Assembly (NCBI GenBank): GCA_039589315.1
Contig: JBDHHQ010000012.1
Span: 1-64,000, forward strand
DNA length: 64,000 nt
From: Gemmatimonadota bacterium
GTDB taxonomy: Bacteria; Gemmatimonadota; Gemmatimonadetes; Longimicrobiales; Gaopeijiaceae
Reading direction: 5' to 3'
Of the stretch, positions 29,321 to 39,485 are shown piece after piece (the stretch's first letter is position 1; the number at the start of each line of letters is the position of its first letter). The notes under the pieces were generated by a model that saw nothing but the letters and a program-made list of their open reading frames with translations, made no database searches and had not been told where the DNA came from. A program made the translations under genes and the position numbers.

Positions 29321-29595
29321 GGCAGCTGCTCTCCAACCGCCACGATGGCCGATTCGGGGACGAGGTGGAAATCGTCCTCCACCAGGCGGGCGGCCTCGGC
29401 AAGCACGATCACCATGGCGCCGGGCGGCAGCCCTTCGTCCTGCCCCGGCAGGTCATACTCCTCACTCGGGGCGTGCATGACGACCTGACCCCGGCGAAGG
29501 GTGCGGTCGGCGCACGTGCCGACCAGGCGCACCGTAGTCCATCCCGGTCGGGGCATCCATCCCACGTTGGTCGGGGTCCGCATTCTGTCGTCCAT
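29317..29595 (-). CDS. Small protein with GroES/Cpn10-like pattern (92 aa)
   Basis: AGGAG RBS before ATG 29595; PRPGWTTV / RGQVV / PGAMVIV / LVPESAIVAV pattern. Confidence 0.5.
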   Translation of the reverse strand: MDDRMRTPTNVGWMPRPGWTTVRLVGTCADRTLRRGQVVMHAPSEEYDLPGQDEGLPPGAMVIVLAEAARLVEDDFHLVPESAIVAVGEQLP

Positions 29596-29726
29596 CGGAT
29601 CTCCTATCTCGAGCGCTCGGTCCATCCGGCGCCTGTCTACTCTACTGTGGTGCCCCCAGGGCTGGCAGCCAATGAGTCTGTTCGGACGCTCCCGGACCGG
29701 TGTCCCATCGCTGGCCGTGTCTTTGC

Positions 29727-30182
29727 TCAGGGAGCGATCTCCCTCAATCGCTGCTTTCCCGCGACCAGCAGGTCGTAGGTGGCCATCTGGGCCGATGACG
29801 GCTGCGCCGGTAGGCCCACGAGGAGCGCCCGCGTGACACGACCTTCCGGTATGTGGAGGACCATCCGGTCGGCGGTGGTGGGGGGATCGTACGGGTGGGC
29901 TCGCCCGCTCGCATCCACCTCGACCGTTCGGCCCGGCGCGGTGAGCTGGGCGATGAACCGGCCGTACTCCCTCCAGGCGTGCAGCGCGTCGTCCTCGCCG
30001 GCCGCCACGCTGGGGATGAGCGTGTCCGTGTAATAGGCGACCGCCCGCCGGTAGGCGTCGGGATCGTCGGCTTTCAGGGTCCGCAGCCGCTCCCGATAGT
30101 ACTCCCGCGGGTCCCGCGCGCCGCTCCGCTCCAGGGCTTCCCGGAACCGTTGGTCCGCCTTCTTCTGGATCTCGGTATCCAC
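29727..30182 (-). CDS. Hypothetical protein (151 aa)
   Basis: Natural-looking composition, fills the gap between genes; no recognised motif. Confidence 0.7.
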   Translation of the reverse strand: MDTEIQKKADQRFREALERSGARDPREYYRERLRTLKADDPDAYRRAVAYYTDTLIPSVAAGEDDALHAWREYGRFIAQLTAPGRTVEVDASGRAHPYDPPTTADRMVLHIPEGRVTRALLVGLPAQPSSAQMATYDLLVAGKQRLREIAP

Positions 30183-30325
30183 GCTTTCGCCGGTCCTGTG
30201 ACCCCCTCGGACGCGCCGATCGCCGGCCGCGTCGCTCTCCCACGAGCCCCAGGATCATCTTCCCATTGTTCGTCCGCGGCAAGTTCTGATACCTTTCAGG
30301 TTCCTCGATCGTATCTGGAGGTGGC

Positions 30326-30865
30326 ATGGCGACACCGGGTTCCCTCGGTCCGCGCGGGCCTGCCGGCCCCGAGCAGTTCCTCGACCTGTCCTGGGAGATG
30401 TTCGGGGAGCTGTGCCGAGCCCTGGCCCTCAAGGTGGCCCGGGACTACGACCCCGAGATCGTCGTGGGGATCGCCCGGGCGGGCGTCATCCCCGGCGCGA
30501 TCGTGGCCTCGATACTCCGGAAGGACTTCTACTCCATGAAGATCTCCCGCAAGGAGGGAGATCAGGTTCGCGAGAGCCCGGCCGTCCTCTCGGCCGCTCC
30601 GCCGCAGGCACGGGGCAAGCGCGTGCTGCTGGTGGACGAGATCGCCACCTCCGGCGAGACCCTCCGCCTTTCGCTGGCCGCCGTCCGGTACGTGAGTCCA
30701 CTGGAGATCCGCACCGCCACGAGCTTTGCCCGTCCTCATGGGTACAAGCCCGACTACTTCGCGCTCGAGACGGATCAGACCGTCATCTTCCCCTGGGATC
30801 GCAAGATCTTCGAGGGCGAGGAACTGGTGGTGAATCCCCGCTACGTGAAGGTCCTGGACGAGTAG
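30326..30865 (+). CDS. Type I phosphoribosyltransferase
   Basis: VGIARAG, VLLVDEIATSGETL PRPP motif, IFPW; GGAGG RBS. Confidence 0.88.
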   Translation: MATPGSLGPRGPAGPEQFLDLSWEMFGELCRALALKVARDYDPEIVVGIARAGVIPGAIVASILRKDFYSMKISRKEGDQVRESPAVLSAAPPQARGKRVLLVDEIATSGETLRLSLAAVRYVSPLEIRTATSFARPHGYKPDYFALETDQTVIFPWDRKIFEGEELVVNPRYVKVLDE

Positions 30866-30981
30866 CGCGCGGCGGCGCCGGGGTCGGCGCCGCACCGAGG
30901 ATTCGCCGGAGTACCGGAGGACTCGGGTCCGCAGGAAGGACGGCGGCTCCGCAGGGCCGGCGGTGGCCCTGCTTCGCTACG

Positions 30982-33450
30982 CTACTCCCAGCGCAGCGCC
31001 TCGTTGGGATCCACTCCGGCCGCTCGCACCGCCGGCACGTAGCTGGCGAGAAGCGCGACGCCGGTCAGGGCTAGCGCTACGGCCCCATACGTGAGCGGGT
31101 CAGCGGCCTCGACACCGAAGAGCAGCGACGACATCAAGCGGGTGAGCCCCAGAGCGGCCACCAATCCCACCAAGACCCCCGATCCGGCCAGAATCAGACC
31201 CTGGCGGAGCACGAGCCGGCTCACGTCGGCGCGTTCGGCCCCGAGAGCGATGCGCACCCCGATCTCACGGGTGCGCTGGCTGACGACGTACGAGATCACA
31301 CCGTAGATTCCCACGGACCCCAGGATCAGCGCCACGACGGCCGCGATCGCGAGCAGCACCATCGTGAAGGATGTGCGGGCCATGGTGTCGGCCAGGATCT
31401 CGTCCAGGGACCGGATCCCTGCCAGAGGCAGGTTCGGGTTCACCGACCAGACGGCCTGACGGGCCTGGGGCAGCAAACCCAGAGGGGCGGTGCCTGCGGT
31501 TCGCACGGCGTACGCCATCGAGCGCTGCACGAAGGTGCTGTCGCCCCAGAAGTCGTCCACGGCCAGCGGCCAGTACACGACGGTGGTGGCCTCCCGGTCC
31601 AGGCCGTCGTCCTGCACGTTGCCCACCACGCCCACGATCTCGCGCCACGAGGGGTCGGTCGGATCGCCCGTGCTTATGCGTTTGCCCAGGGCCGCCGCCG
31701 GGTTCGCCCAGTACTCGCGGGCGAAGTTCTCCGTGACCATGACCACCGCGTTACGCTCGTATATGTCGGGCCAATCGATGGATCGTCCCGCCAGCAGTGG
31801 GTTCTCCATGGTCTGGAAGTAGTCGCCCGCGATCCACTTGAAGCGCCGGATCGGAGGGATCTGTCCTTCCGGCGTGGGGAAGTCCTCCACCCACACCGCG
31901 TCGTTCGAGTCCCACCCGTCCATCGTGATGGAGAACGAGGCCCCCACGGAAGTGACTCCCGGAAGCGCGGCCAAGCGGTCCAGGATGGTCTGATGGACCC
32001 GGATCGCCTCCTCCTGCTCGGGGATCGCGGGCCTGGGAAGGCTCACCCGAAACGTGAGAACCTCCTCGGGCCGCTCGAAGCCCGGATGGACGCTGCGCAG
32101 CGCCTGGAAACTGCGGATCATGAGCCCCGACCCCACGAGCAGCACCAGCGCCAACGCAACCTGCGCGACCACGAGCCCGTTACGAGCACGATGTCGGTCC
32201 TTCCCCGAGCTCGAGCCGCGGCCTCCTTCCTTGAGAGCCGACACGAGGTTCAGCCGCCCGTAGCGAAGGACAGGGAAAAGCCCGAATACGAACCCTGCAA
32301 AGACGGACAACCCCATCGTGTACAGCAGGACCACGGCATCCAACGTGATCTCGCTCAGGCGGGGGAGATTCTCGGGAGCGATGCCTACCAGGATCCGGAT
32401 GCCGCCGTAGGCCAGTGCCAAACCAGCCAACCCGCCAAGGAGGCCGAGCACCAGGCTCTCCATGAGCAGCTCTCGCGTCACCCGGGCCCGCCCTGCACCC
32501 ATGGCCGTGCGCACGGCCAGCTCCCTCGTCCTTCCCTCCGATCGAACGAGAAACAGGTTCGCCACGTTGGCACACGCGATGAGCAAGACGATCGCGACGG
32601 TGCCGAGCAGGACCCAGAGGTAGCGCCCCACGTCACCGACCACGTCGTCTTTGAGCGGATGGACGTCGCTGGCGAACCGTGCGTCCTGCAACATGGGCAG
32701 GGTGATGCCTCCCGGGAACTTCTCCACCGACCGCGGTATCAGCCGCTCGACGTCCGCGTTCGCCTGCGCGAGCGTAGCGCCCGACTTCAGGCGGGCGATT
32801 CCCTGATAGTCGAAGTTGCCGACGGAGAGCTCCGCAGGATCGAACTGAGCCGGCACCCACACGGCGGGCTCGAAGCGGAGAAAGGAGAAGTCCTTGGACA
32901 GGACTCCGATGATCTCGCGGGACCGCCCGTTCACTTCCAGGGTGCGCCCCACGACGTTCGGATCCCCGCCGAGCGCCCTCTGCCAGTATCCGTGGCTGAG
33001 CATCGCAGTGAGGGGCGCGTCAGGGGCGTCGTCCTGGGGCGAGAAGATTCGTCCCAGCGCCGGTGAGGTTTCCAGCAGCGGGAAGAACCCGTCCGTCACC
33101 AGCATGACTCGGACCTGCTCCGGCTCCTCGAGGCCCGTGATGGACGCCGTACGGTTGTCCCACAAGGCGATGTCCTGGAAGATCCGACCCTCCTCGCGGT
33201 ACGTGAGGTACATGGCCGGGGACTGGTTCACCTGATCGAAGCCCAGGCCTGGCGCCGAGTGCCACACACCCACGAGCTCCTCCGGCCGCTCGAACGGAAG
33301 CGGCTTGAGGAGGATGCCGTTGACGACGGTGAAGATGGCGGAGTTCGCCCCGATCCCCAGGGCGAGGGTTGCCACCGCGGTGACCGTGAAGACCGGAGTG
33401 CGGACGAGCTTCCGGAGGACGTATCGAATCTGTTGTGTGGACCAGTCCAA
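30982..33450 (-). CDS. Duplicated orphan ABC permease (MacB/FtsX-like, ADOP type)
   Basis: TLALGIGANSAIF, LLIACANVANL, QVALALVLL, RTREIGVRIALGA, DPNEALR; TTG start with GGAGGA RBS. Confidence 0.9.
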   Translation of the reverse strand: MDWSTQQIRYVLRKLVRTPVFTVTAVATLALGIGANSAIFTVVNGILLKPLPFERPEELVGVWHSAPGLGFDQVNQSPAMYLTYREEGRIFQDIALWDNRTASITGLEEPEQVRVMLVTDGFFPLLETSPALGRIFSPQDDAPDAPLTAMLSHGYWQRALGGDPNVVGRTLEVNGRSREIIGVLSKDFSFLRFEPAVWVPAQFDPAELSVGNFDYQGIARLKSGATLAQANADVERLIPRSVEKFPGGITLPMLQDARFASDVHPLKDDVVGDVGRYLWVLLGTVAIVLLIACANVANLFLVRSEGRTRELAVRTAMGAGRARVTRELLMESLVLGLLGGLAGLALAYGGIRILVGIAPENLPRLSEITLDAVVLLYTMGLSVFAGFVFGLFPVLRYGRLNLVSALKEGGRGSSSGKDRHRARNGLVVAQVALALVLLVGSGLMIRSFQALRSVHPGFERPEEVLTFRVSLPRPAIPEQEEAIRVHQTILDRLAALPGVTSVGASFSITMDGWDSNDAVWVEDFPTPEGQIPPIRRFKWIAGDYFQTMENPLLAGRSIDWPDIYERNAVVMVTENFAREYWANPAAALGKRISTGDPTDPSWREIVGVVGNVQDDGLDREATTVVYWPLAVDDFWGDSTFVQRSMAYAVRTAGTAPLGLLPQARQAVWSVNPNLPLAGIRSLDEILADTMARTSFTMVLLAIAAVVALILGSVGIYGVISYVVSQRTREIGVRIALGAERADVSRLVLRQGLILAGSGVLVGLVAALGLTRLMSSLLFGVEAADPLTYGAVALALTGVALLASYVPAVRAAGVDPNEALRWE

Positions 33451-33803
33451 GGATTCCTCCCTTGCCCATCTTCCACCGCCGGGTGGATCCCGCCGGCCCA
33501 GGTGCCACGGACGGGGGTCCCTACGGATTCCCGATCCTGGCGGTTTCCGAGTCCGATCGAAGCGGACGGCCGCCGGCTGCCGCGCCGGGACGCCCGCTCC
33601 TTCGGTCTCCCCGTGTGGGTCGGGTCTCCTGTGGCCGGTTCGTGACGAGGGACGGGGGCCGTCAATCCGTCGGCTGGGGCAGACCCGGGCCGTGAGATCG
33701 GCAACGGCGGGACCCATGAGGCGTATTGAGAATCGTGAACGGCCGGCGCAGATTCGACCCGGCTCCCGATGATCAGGACTCCCCGCCGGAGTGCGCGAAC
33801 CTC

Positions 33804-34397
33804 ATGCTCGACCTCGACCGCGATCACCTCCGCCCCGGCCGACTGGTCCTGGTGGCCGCCCTGCTTCTGCCCTCCGTCGCCCGGAGCCAGGAGGTGCCTC
33901 GGCCGTTGATCGCCGGGCCGGACCCGGGCACGGCTTTCCTGTTCGCGGCTCCCACGGCCGCCCCCCTTCCCGAGCCGGACGTTTCGTCACTGCCCGTCTT
34001 TCCGGCTCAGGAGTCCTCGGGATGGAGCCGTCTGGCCGAGGTCGGCCCGGGGAAGGATGCCCTGGTGACCTACCGGGACGGGACGCTACGTGGAGGGGTG
34101 GTGCAGTCCGTCGAGGGGAACGAGCTGGTCATGGCGAGCGGTGGCGAGATGGTCCGCATCGCCCGGACCGATATCGCCACCGTCCAGATCAGGCGGAAGA
34201 AGGGCACCCTGGCCGGCGGCCTCATCGGGTTCGCCGTCACGGGCGTCGGCCTCACGTCCATCGTCTGCCTCACCGACGACTCCGACTGCGATTGGAGGTC
34301 CTGGACATTCGGCATCGCCCTGCTGGGGATCCCCGGCGGTCTCCTCGGCGCCCTCATCGGCAGCCAAACCGGCGGTGACATCGAGATCGTCCCCTGA
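33804..34397 (+). CDS. Hypothetical exported/membrane protein with Gly-zipper-like C-terminus
   Basis: Signal-like segment, small beta domain, GGLIG...GGLLGALIG; start uncertain. Confidence 0.6.
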   Translation: MLDLDRDHLRPGRLVLVAALLLPSVARSQEVPRPLIAGPDPGTAFLFAAPTAAPLPEPDVSSLPVFPAQESSGWSRLAEVGPGKDALVTYRDGTLRGGVVQSVEGNELVMASGGEMVRIARTDIATVQIRRKKGTLAGGLIGFAVTGVGLTSIVCLTDDSDCDWRSWTFGIALLGIPGGLLGALIGSQTGGDIEIVP

Positions 34398-34402
34398 CCG
34401 GC

Positions 34403-34486
34403 ATCCCCACCGGCCGCCGCAGGGCTAGGTCCGACCCAAAGCGGTAGCGCCATCGCCGCCCCAGTAATCCCACCGGCCGCCGCAGG
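34403..34486. repeat. Imperfect direct repeat ATCCC(C)ACCGGCCGCCGCAGG
   Basis: Copies at 34403-34423 and 34467-34486. Confidence 0.7.
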
Positions 34487-34762
34487 CGGGGTAGGGACCA
34501 CCTACAGCGGTGGTTCGCCCAAGAGCTCAGCGCTTCGGAAGATCGTGCGGTGACCTCGACCCCGGACCGCCCCACACCTCGCGTCCCCGACCGGGGTGGA
34601 GGGGGAGCCCGGGCCCGTCCCTCCTCCGCAGCGACTGCCGATTCGCGCGTAGCGAATCGAGCGAAGCAACCGGAAAACTATGCCCCACCAGGCAACCCAG
34701 CGGCGTAGCGCAGGAGCCCAGGAGGAGCGACACGCCCCGGCTCCCAACCCACAACCCCCGAC

Positions 34763-36016
34763 CTACCCCCCCGCGGCCATGGAATCCAGGAACTCCTGGT
34801 TCGTCTCCGTCCGCTTCATTCTATCCAGCAGGAACGTGACGGCTTCCGTGGGAGGCATGTCGGCCAGGAAGTTCCGGAGCAGGTAGACCCGGTTCAGCTC
34901 GACGTCCGACAGGAGCAGCTCTTCCTTGCGCGTGCCCGACCGGTTCAGCTCGATGGCCGGGAAGATCCGCTTGTCGGCGATGTGGCGATCCAGGACCAGC
35001 TCCATGTTTCCGGTGCCCTTGAACTCCTCGAAGATCACCTCGTCCATCCGGCTGCCCGTCTCGATGAGAGCGGTGGCGATGATGGTCAGCGATCCGCCTT
35101 CGTCGATGTTCCGCGCGGCACCGAAGAAACGCTTCGGCTTGTGCAGCGCGTTGGCGTCCACGCCACCCGAGAGGATCTTCCCGGAGTGCGGTACCGTAAC
35201 GTTGTAGGCCCGAGCCAACCGGGTGATGGAGTCCAGCAGAATCACGACGTCCTTCCCGTGCTCCACGAGCCGCTTGGCCTTCTCGAGCACCATCTCGGCC
35301 ACCTGCGTGTGCCGGTCTGCGGGCTCGTCGAAGGTCGAGCTGATCACCTCGGCATCGACGTGCTCCTCCATGTCCGTCACCTCTTCGGGGCGCTCGTCGA
35401 TGAGGAGCACGATGAGGTGGCAGTCTGGATGGTTGGCCGTGATGGAGTTGGCCACATCCTGGAGGAGCATGGTCTTCCCCGCCTTGGGCGGAGAGACGAT
35501 GAGCCCGCGCTGGCCCATCCCGATCGGCGCGATCAGGTCGACGACCCGCATGGACAACGTGCCGTCTTCCCGCTCCAGGCGAATGCGGTTCTCCGGGTAA
35601 CGCGGGCGCAGGTTGTCGAAGGCGATCCGGTGTTTGGCGTTTTCAGGGTCGTCGCCATTGACGGTCTCGACCTTGAGCAGGGCGAGGTACCGCTCGCCTT
35701 CCTTCGGAGGACGGACCTGCCCCAGCACCGTATCGCCCGTCCGCAGGTCGAACCGTTTGATCTGGGACGGACTCACGTAGATGTCGTCAGGGCCGTAGAG
35801 ATAGTTCCAGTCCTGGGAGCGGAGAAAACCGTATCCTTCTGGTAGGATCTCGAGGACACCCTCTCCCCGAAGCACCACGTCGGTGTCGAGTAGGTTCTGT
35901 TCGATGCGGAAGATGAGGTCCTGCTTACGCAGACCCGAGTAGTTGGAGATGTTCAGCTCTTCGGCAAGGTCGTGGAGCTCTCCCACGCTCTTGCTCTTCA
36001 GTTCCGCGATGTCCAC
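34763..36016 (-). CDS. rho: Transcription termination factor Rho
   Basis: [56 protein letters not shown] start at VDIAELK. Confidence 0.97.
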   Translation of the reverse strand: MDIAELKSKSVGELHDLAEELNISNYSGLRKQDLIFRIEQNLLDTDVVLRGEGVLEILPEGYGFLRSQDWNYLYGPDDIYVSPSQIKRFDLRTGDTVLGQVRPPKEGERYLALLKVETVNGDDPENAKHRIAFDNLRPRYPENRIRLEREDGTLSMRVVDLIAPIGMGQRGLIVSPPKAGKTMLLQDVANSITANHPDCHLIVLLIDERPEEVTDMEEHVDAEVISSTFDEPADRHTQVAEMVLEKAKRLVEHGKDVVILLDSITRLARAYNVTVPHSGKILSGGVDANALHKPKRFFGAARNIDEGGSLTIIATALIETGSRMDEVIFEEFKGTGNMELVLDRHIADKRIFPAIELNRSGTRKEELLLSDVELNRVYLLRNFLADMPPTEAVTFLLDRMKRTETNQEFLDSMAAGG

Positions 36017-36402
36017 GAATCGCTCCAGATCTATCGTTGGATCCGAGGGGCCGCTCGGGGAGCGGGGAATGGGGGGCCACACGCAGGGGCGGAAGCCGCC
36101 TGATCGACGAACCGTCGGGGGGTCGTAGCGCCTGGCTGCGCGAAGTGAGTTGGCCGGACAGAGGATTCGAGCCCGATAGTAGCCCGCGTCTCCAGCACCG
36201 GTCAAGTCCCCTTCGGCGCGCTTGCGGTCCAGCGTGCAGGACTCCTCGGAGGGCCGATCTCTGCGCGATCCGGATCCGGTATTTTTCCGGCAGAGGGGAC
36301 CGGGATTCGGTCCTGGCAGACTCTCGGGAAAACCGTCCTCAGCCGTCACCCGTGAACATTCTACTGGACAAAAAGTTAGGGTAGCTGCCACTCACGCGAA
36401 TC

Positions 36403-36440
36403 TTGACATAATCCGCGTTCTTTGCAAACATTTGTTTGCA
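36403..36440 (+). promoter_or_regulatory. Sigma70-type promoter with overlapping palindromic operator
   Basis: TTGACA 36403-36408; TGCAAACA-TT-TGTTTGCA 36423-36440 covering the expected -10 position. Confidence 0.6.
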
Positions 36441-36475
36441 TCCATTTTTCGGAATTCCCGAGCCGGTGAAGCTGC

Positions 36476-36838
36476 ATGGCGCGACACAATCGAGAGGGCG
36501 GCGGCCAGGACCAGAAGAACGAACGATACCGCATCAGTTACCAGCCCGACTGGCTCCGGTTCGTGAAGGTGACGCGTCGCCTCGACTCGGGTCGGCAATC
36601 CACCATGACACTGTTCCGGAATCCGACCACGCGCCAGGAAGCTCCTCCGGGCGACCGGGTCCGGACGCGAGTCGTCAGCCCGGGCCAGGACCTCGACTTT
36701 TCGATCGCGGTGTCGGACCCTCACCATGCGATTCGCCGGGTTCGGGTCAGCTACGTCCTTCCCGACGAACCCGGTGGCCGACCCGAAGAGGTCGAGTTCA
36801 CCCTGGAAGGCCACCCGCCTAGAATCGCGCGGCGATAG
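36476..36838 (+). CDS. Hypothetical protein (120 aa)
   Basis: Coding-like ORF downstream of a TTGACA promoter and upstream of mlaE. Confidence 0.65.
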   Translation: MARHNREGGGQDQKNERYRISYQPDWLRFVKVTRRLDSGRQSTMTLFRNPTTRQEAPPGDRVRTRVVSPGQDLDFSIAVSDPHHAIRRVRVSYVLPDEPGGRPEEVEFTLEGHPPRIARR

Positions 36839-36924
36839 CCGGTTCCGGTCGCGACGACGTTGGCCGAGCGCGGGCAGCGACCGGGGTACCTCAGCATTCC
36901 GGCGGTGGCTATCTTCAAACGATC

Positions 36925-37707
36925 ATGACCAGCCGGGTATCCGAGCCCTTCGCATCTGTCGGCCGCCTCACCCTCGACACCGCAGCGACCATCGGTCGCG
37001 CGGGGTTGGCTGCGATCAGGGCGTTCGGGGCCATCCGAGGGGTGGACGTGTGGGGGCGACTGTTGCTCCCCCAGATGGGAAGGATCGGGGTCGACTCCAT
37101 CCCGATCGCGCTCTTCATCGCCGTGTTCACGGGGATCGTGATGGCGCTCCAGGCCTCGTACACGTTCACCGGCGCCATTCCGCTCTACTTCGTCGGTACG
37201 CTGGTGGGCAAGACGATGATCCTCGAGCTCGGCCCCGTTCTCACCGGGCTGGCCCTGTCGGGACGCGTCGGCGCCAACATCGCCGCCGAGCTGGGGACCA
37301 TGCGCGTTACCGAGCAGGTCGACGCCCTGGAGACCCTCGCGTACGATCCGGTGGCGTACCTGGTCGTCCCGCGGGTCCTGGCTGGCACGCTCATGTTCCC
37401 GCTGGTGGTGATCCTCGCCACGAGCCTCGGGATCGCCGCCGGCTGGCTCACATCGCTCGAGCTCCTGGACATGTCGACCCCCGAGTTCATGAAGGGCCTA
37501 CGCCTGTTCTTCCAGCCGTTCGACGTCCAGTTCGCCGTCATCAAGTCCTTCTCCTTCGGCTTCACGGTGACGGCCGTCGGTTGCTACTTCGGCTTCACGA
37601 CGACTGGCGGGGCCGAGGGGGTCGGTCGCGCCACGACGCGGGCCGTGGTCGTGAGCAGCATGGTGATCCTGGTCCTGGACGCCTTCTGGGCCTGGGTGCT
37701 GTTATGA
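36925..37707 (+). CDS. mlaE: MlaE-family ABC permease
   Basis: ELGPVLTGL, AAELGTMRVTEQVDAL, GGAEGVGRATT. Confidence 0.92.
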   Translation: MTSRVSEPFASVGRLTLDTAATIGRAGLAAIRAFGAIRGVDVWGRLLLPQMGRIGVDSIPIALFIAVFTGIVMALQASYTFTGAIPLYFVGTLVGKTMILELGPVLTGLALSGRVGANIAAELGTMRVTEQVDALETLAYDPVAYLVVPRVLAGTLMFPLVVILATSLGIAAGWLTSLELLDMSTPEFMKGLRLFFQPFDVQFAVIKSFSFGFTVTAVGCYFGFTTTGGAEGVGRATTRAVVVSSMVILVLDAFWAWVLL

Positions 37708-38462
37708 GCATCGAGTTACGCAACGTCCACAAGGCGTTCGGGGCCAAGAAGGTGCTGCAGGGATTCACCTTGAAGATCGAGGAAGGGGAGACCACCGTCG
37801 TGATCGGCCCGTCTGGCAGCGGGAAGTCGGTCATGCTCAAGCACATCGTGGGGCTTCTGACACCGGATCAGGGCGAGGTGTGGGTCGACGGATTCCGGGT
37901 CGCCGATCTGGAACGCGAGGAGTTGTACGAGCTCCGGAGGAAGGCGGGCTACGTCTTCCAGTTCGCTGCTCTCTTCGATTCGATGACGGTGGCCGAAAAC
38001 GTTGGGTTGGGACTCCGGCGCATCGAGGGCATGACGGACGAGCAGATCCGGAGGCGCGTCGACGAGTGTCTGGCGCTGGTGGATTTGGAGGGGTATCAGG
38101 AGCGTTACCCGGCCGAGCTGTCCGGTGGCCAGAAGAAACGTGCCGGCCTGGCCCGGGCCATTGCCACGAAACCTACGTACGTTCTGTATGACGAGCCCAC
38201 GACGGGCCTGGATCCCCTGACCAAGACGGTGATCGACCGACTGATCCTCCGGACCCGTGACGAGCTGGGAGTTACGGGGGTCGTGATTACGCACGACATG
38301 GAGAGCGCGTATCGTACCGGTGATCGGGTGGCCATGCTCTACGAGGGGCGGGTACGATTCGAGGGCACACCCCAAGAAATCCAGGCCGCGGCCGACCCGG
38401 TGATCCAAGCGTTCATCCGGGGACGGCCGGAGCTCCTGACTGGGGAGGAGATACGAGGGTGA
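37704..38462 (+). CDS. mlaF: MlaF-family ABC ATPase
   Basis: GPSGSGKS, FQFAALFDS, LSGGQ, YDEPTTGLDP, THD; ATGA overlap. Confidence 0.92.
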   Translation: MSIELRNVHKAFGAKKVLQGFTLKIEEGETTVVIGPSGSGKSVMLKHIVGLLTPDQGEVWVDGFRVADLEREELYELRRKAGYVFQFAALFDSMTVAENVGLGLRRIEGMTDEQIRRRVDECLALVDLEGYQERYPAELSGGQKKRAGLARAIATKPTYVLYDEPTTGLDPLTKTVIDRLILRTRDELGVTGVVITHDMESAYRTGDRVAMLYEGRVRFEGTPQEIQAAADPVIQAFIRGRPELLTGEEIRG

Positions 38463-39451
38463 GCCGGCGAAGGGAGATTCTGGTCGGGCTGGTCGTCGTG
38501 TTGGGTATCGCGCTCGGCGTGTTCGGCACGCTGTGGCTCCAGGGAATAAGTGTGGCCCGCACGACCGTCCTCGTCGACGCCTCGTTCGAGGACGTCGGGC
38601 AGCTCATGGACGGTAACTCGGTGAAGTACCGCGGCGTGAGCATCGGCCGGGTCTCGTCCATCACCGTCGATTCCAGCGGCATGTCGGTACGGGTCGTCAT
38701 GCGGATCGCGTCCGACGTGGAGTTCCCGCAGCAGGCGGGCGCCGTCGCTTCGCCCGAATCCATGTTCGGGGACTGGCAGGTGGACATCGTAGACATGCAG
38801 GACGAGCGGTCGCGGATCTACGATTGGTACATGGGCCAGCCCGATGCCCTGCCCGGCTACGCCCTTCCGGACATGTCCGAGCTGACGCAGCAAGCCCAGG
38901 TCATCGCCGACAACGTCACCGACATCATGGAGCGCGTCGAAATCGCCTTCACCGAGGAGACGGCACAGAACGTGGCGGCCCTCATCGACAACATCGAGGG
39001 GGTCAGCGAGCAGATCGCGATTCTGGTGGACCAGCAAGCGGACGACTTCACCGAGATGACCGCGGAGCTCCGGGTCGCCGCCAACCAGGTGGGCAACGCG
39101 GCGGGTGCGGTGGAGGCCACCTTCTCACGGATGGACACGCTCCTGGGCGGTGAGAACGTGGACTCGCTGGTGACCGATCTTCAGACCGTGGCGTCCAACA
39201 TGCGGGAGGCATCCCTGGAGATGACCAACACGGCCCAGAGTCTCCAGTCGACGCTCAGCCGGGCCGATACCACGTTCGCGCACCTGAACCGTATCGCCGC
39301 ACGGATCGAGGCCGGCGAAGGCGGATTCGGGCGGCTCCTGAGCGACACCTCGCTGGTGTTGCGGGCGGAGGGTGCACTTGCCCAGCTCAACTTCTTGCTC
39401 GAAGATCTCAGGGAGAATCCGAACCGCTACTTCCGTCTGTCCATCTTCTGA
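38459..39451 (+). CDS. mlaD: MCE/MlaD family protein
   Basis: N-terminal TM, VKYRGVSIGRV, helical tail, GEGGFGRLL, NPNRY. Confidence 0.88.
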   Translation: MSRRREILVGLVVVLGIALGVFGTLWLQGISVARTTVLVDASFEDVGQLMDGNSVKYRGVSIGRVSSITVDSSGMSVRVVMRIASDVEFPQQAGAVASPESMFGDWQVDIVDMQDERSRIYDWYMGQPDALPGYALPDMSELTQQAQVIADNVTDIMERVEIAFTEETAQNVAALIDNIEGVSEQIAILVDQQADDFTEMTAELRVAANQVGNAAGAVEATFSRMDTLLGGENVDSLVTDLQTVASNMREASLEMTNTAQSLQSTLSRADTTFAHLNRIAARIEAGEGGFGRLLSDTSLVLRAEGALAQLNFLLEDLRENPNRYFRLSIF

Positions 39452-39485
39452 CGCGCAGCCCCCGTCGGCCGCCAGAGACGACTCT

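Noticed and set aside
29596..30432. Full 371-aa ORF 29317-30432
   Set aside because: The upstream part overlaps two better genes and is Arg/Pro/Gly-rich; only the RBS-led last 92 aa were kept
36017..36391. 125-aa N-terminal extension of Rho in the ORF track
   Set aside because: Low-complexity translation; Rho similarity begins at VDIAELK (GTG 36016)
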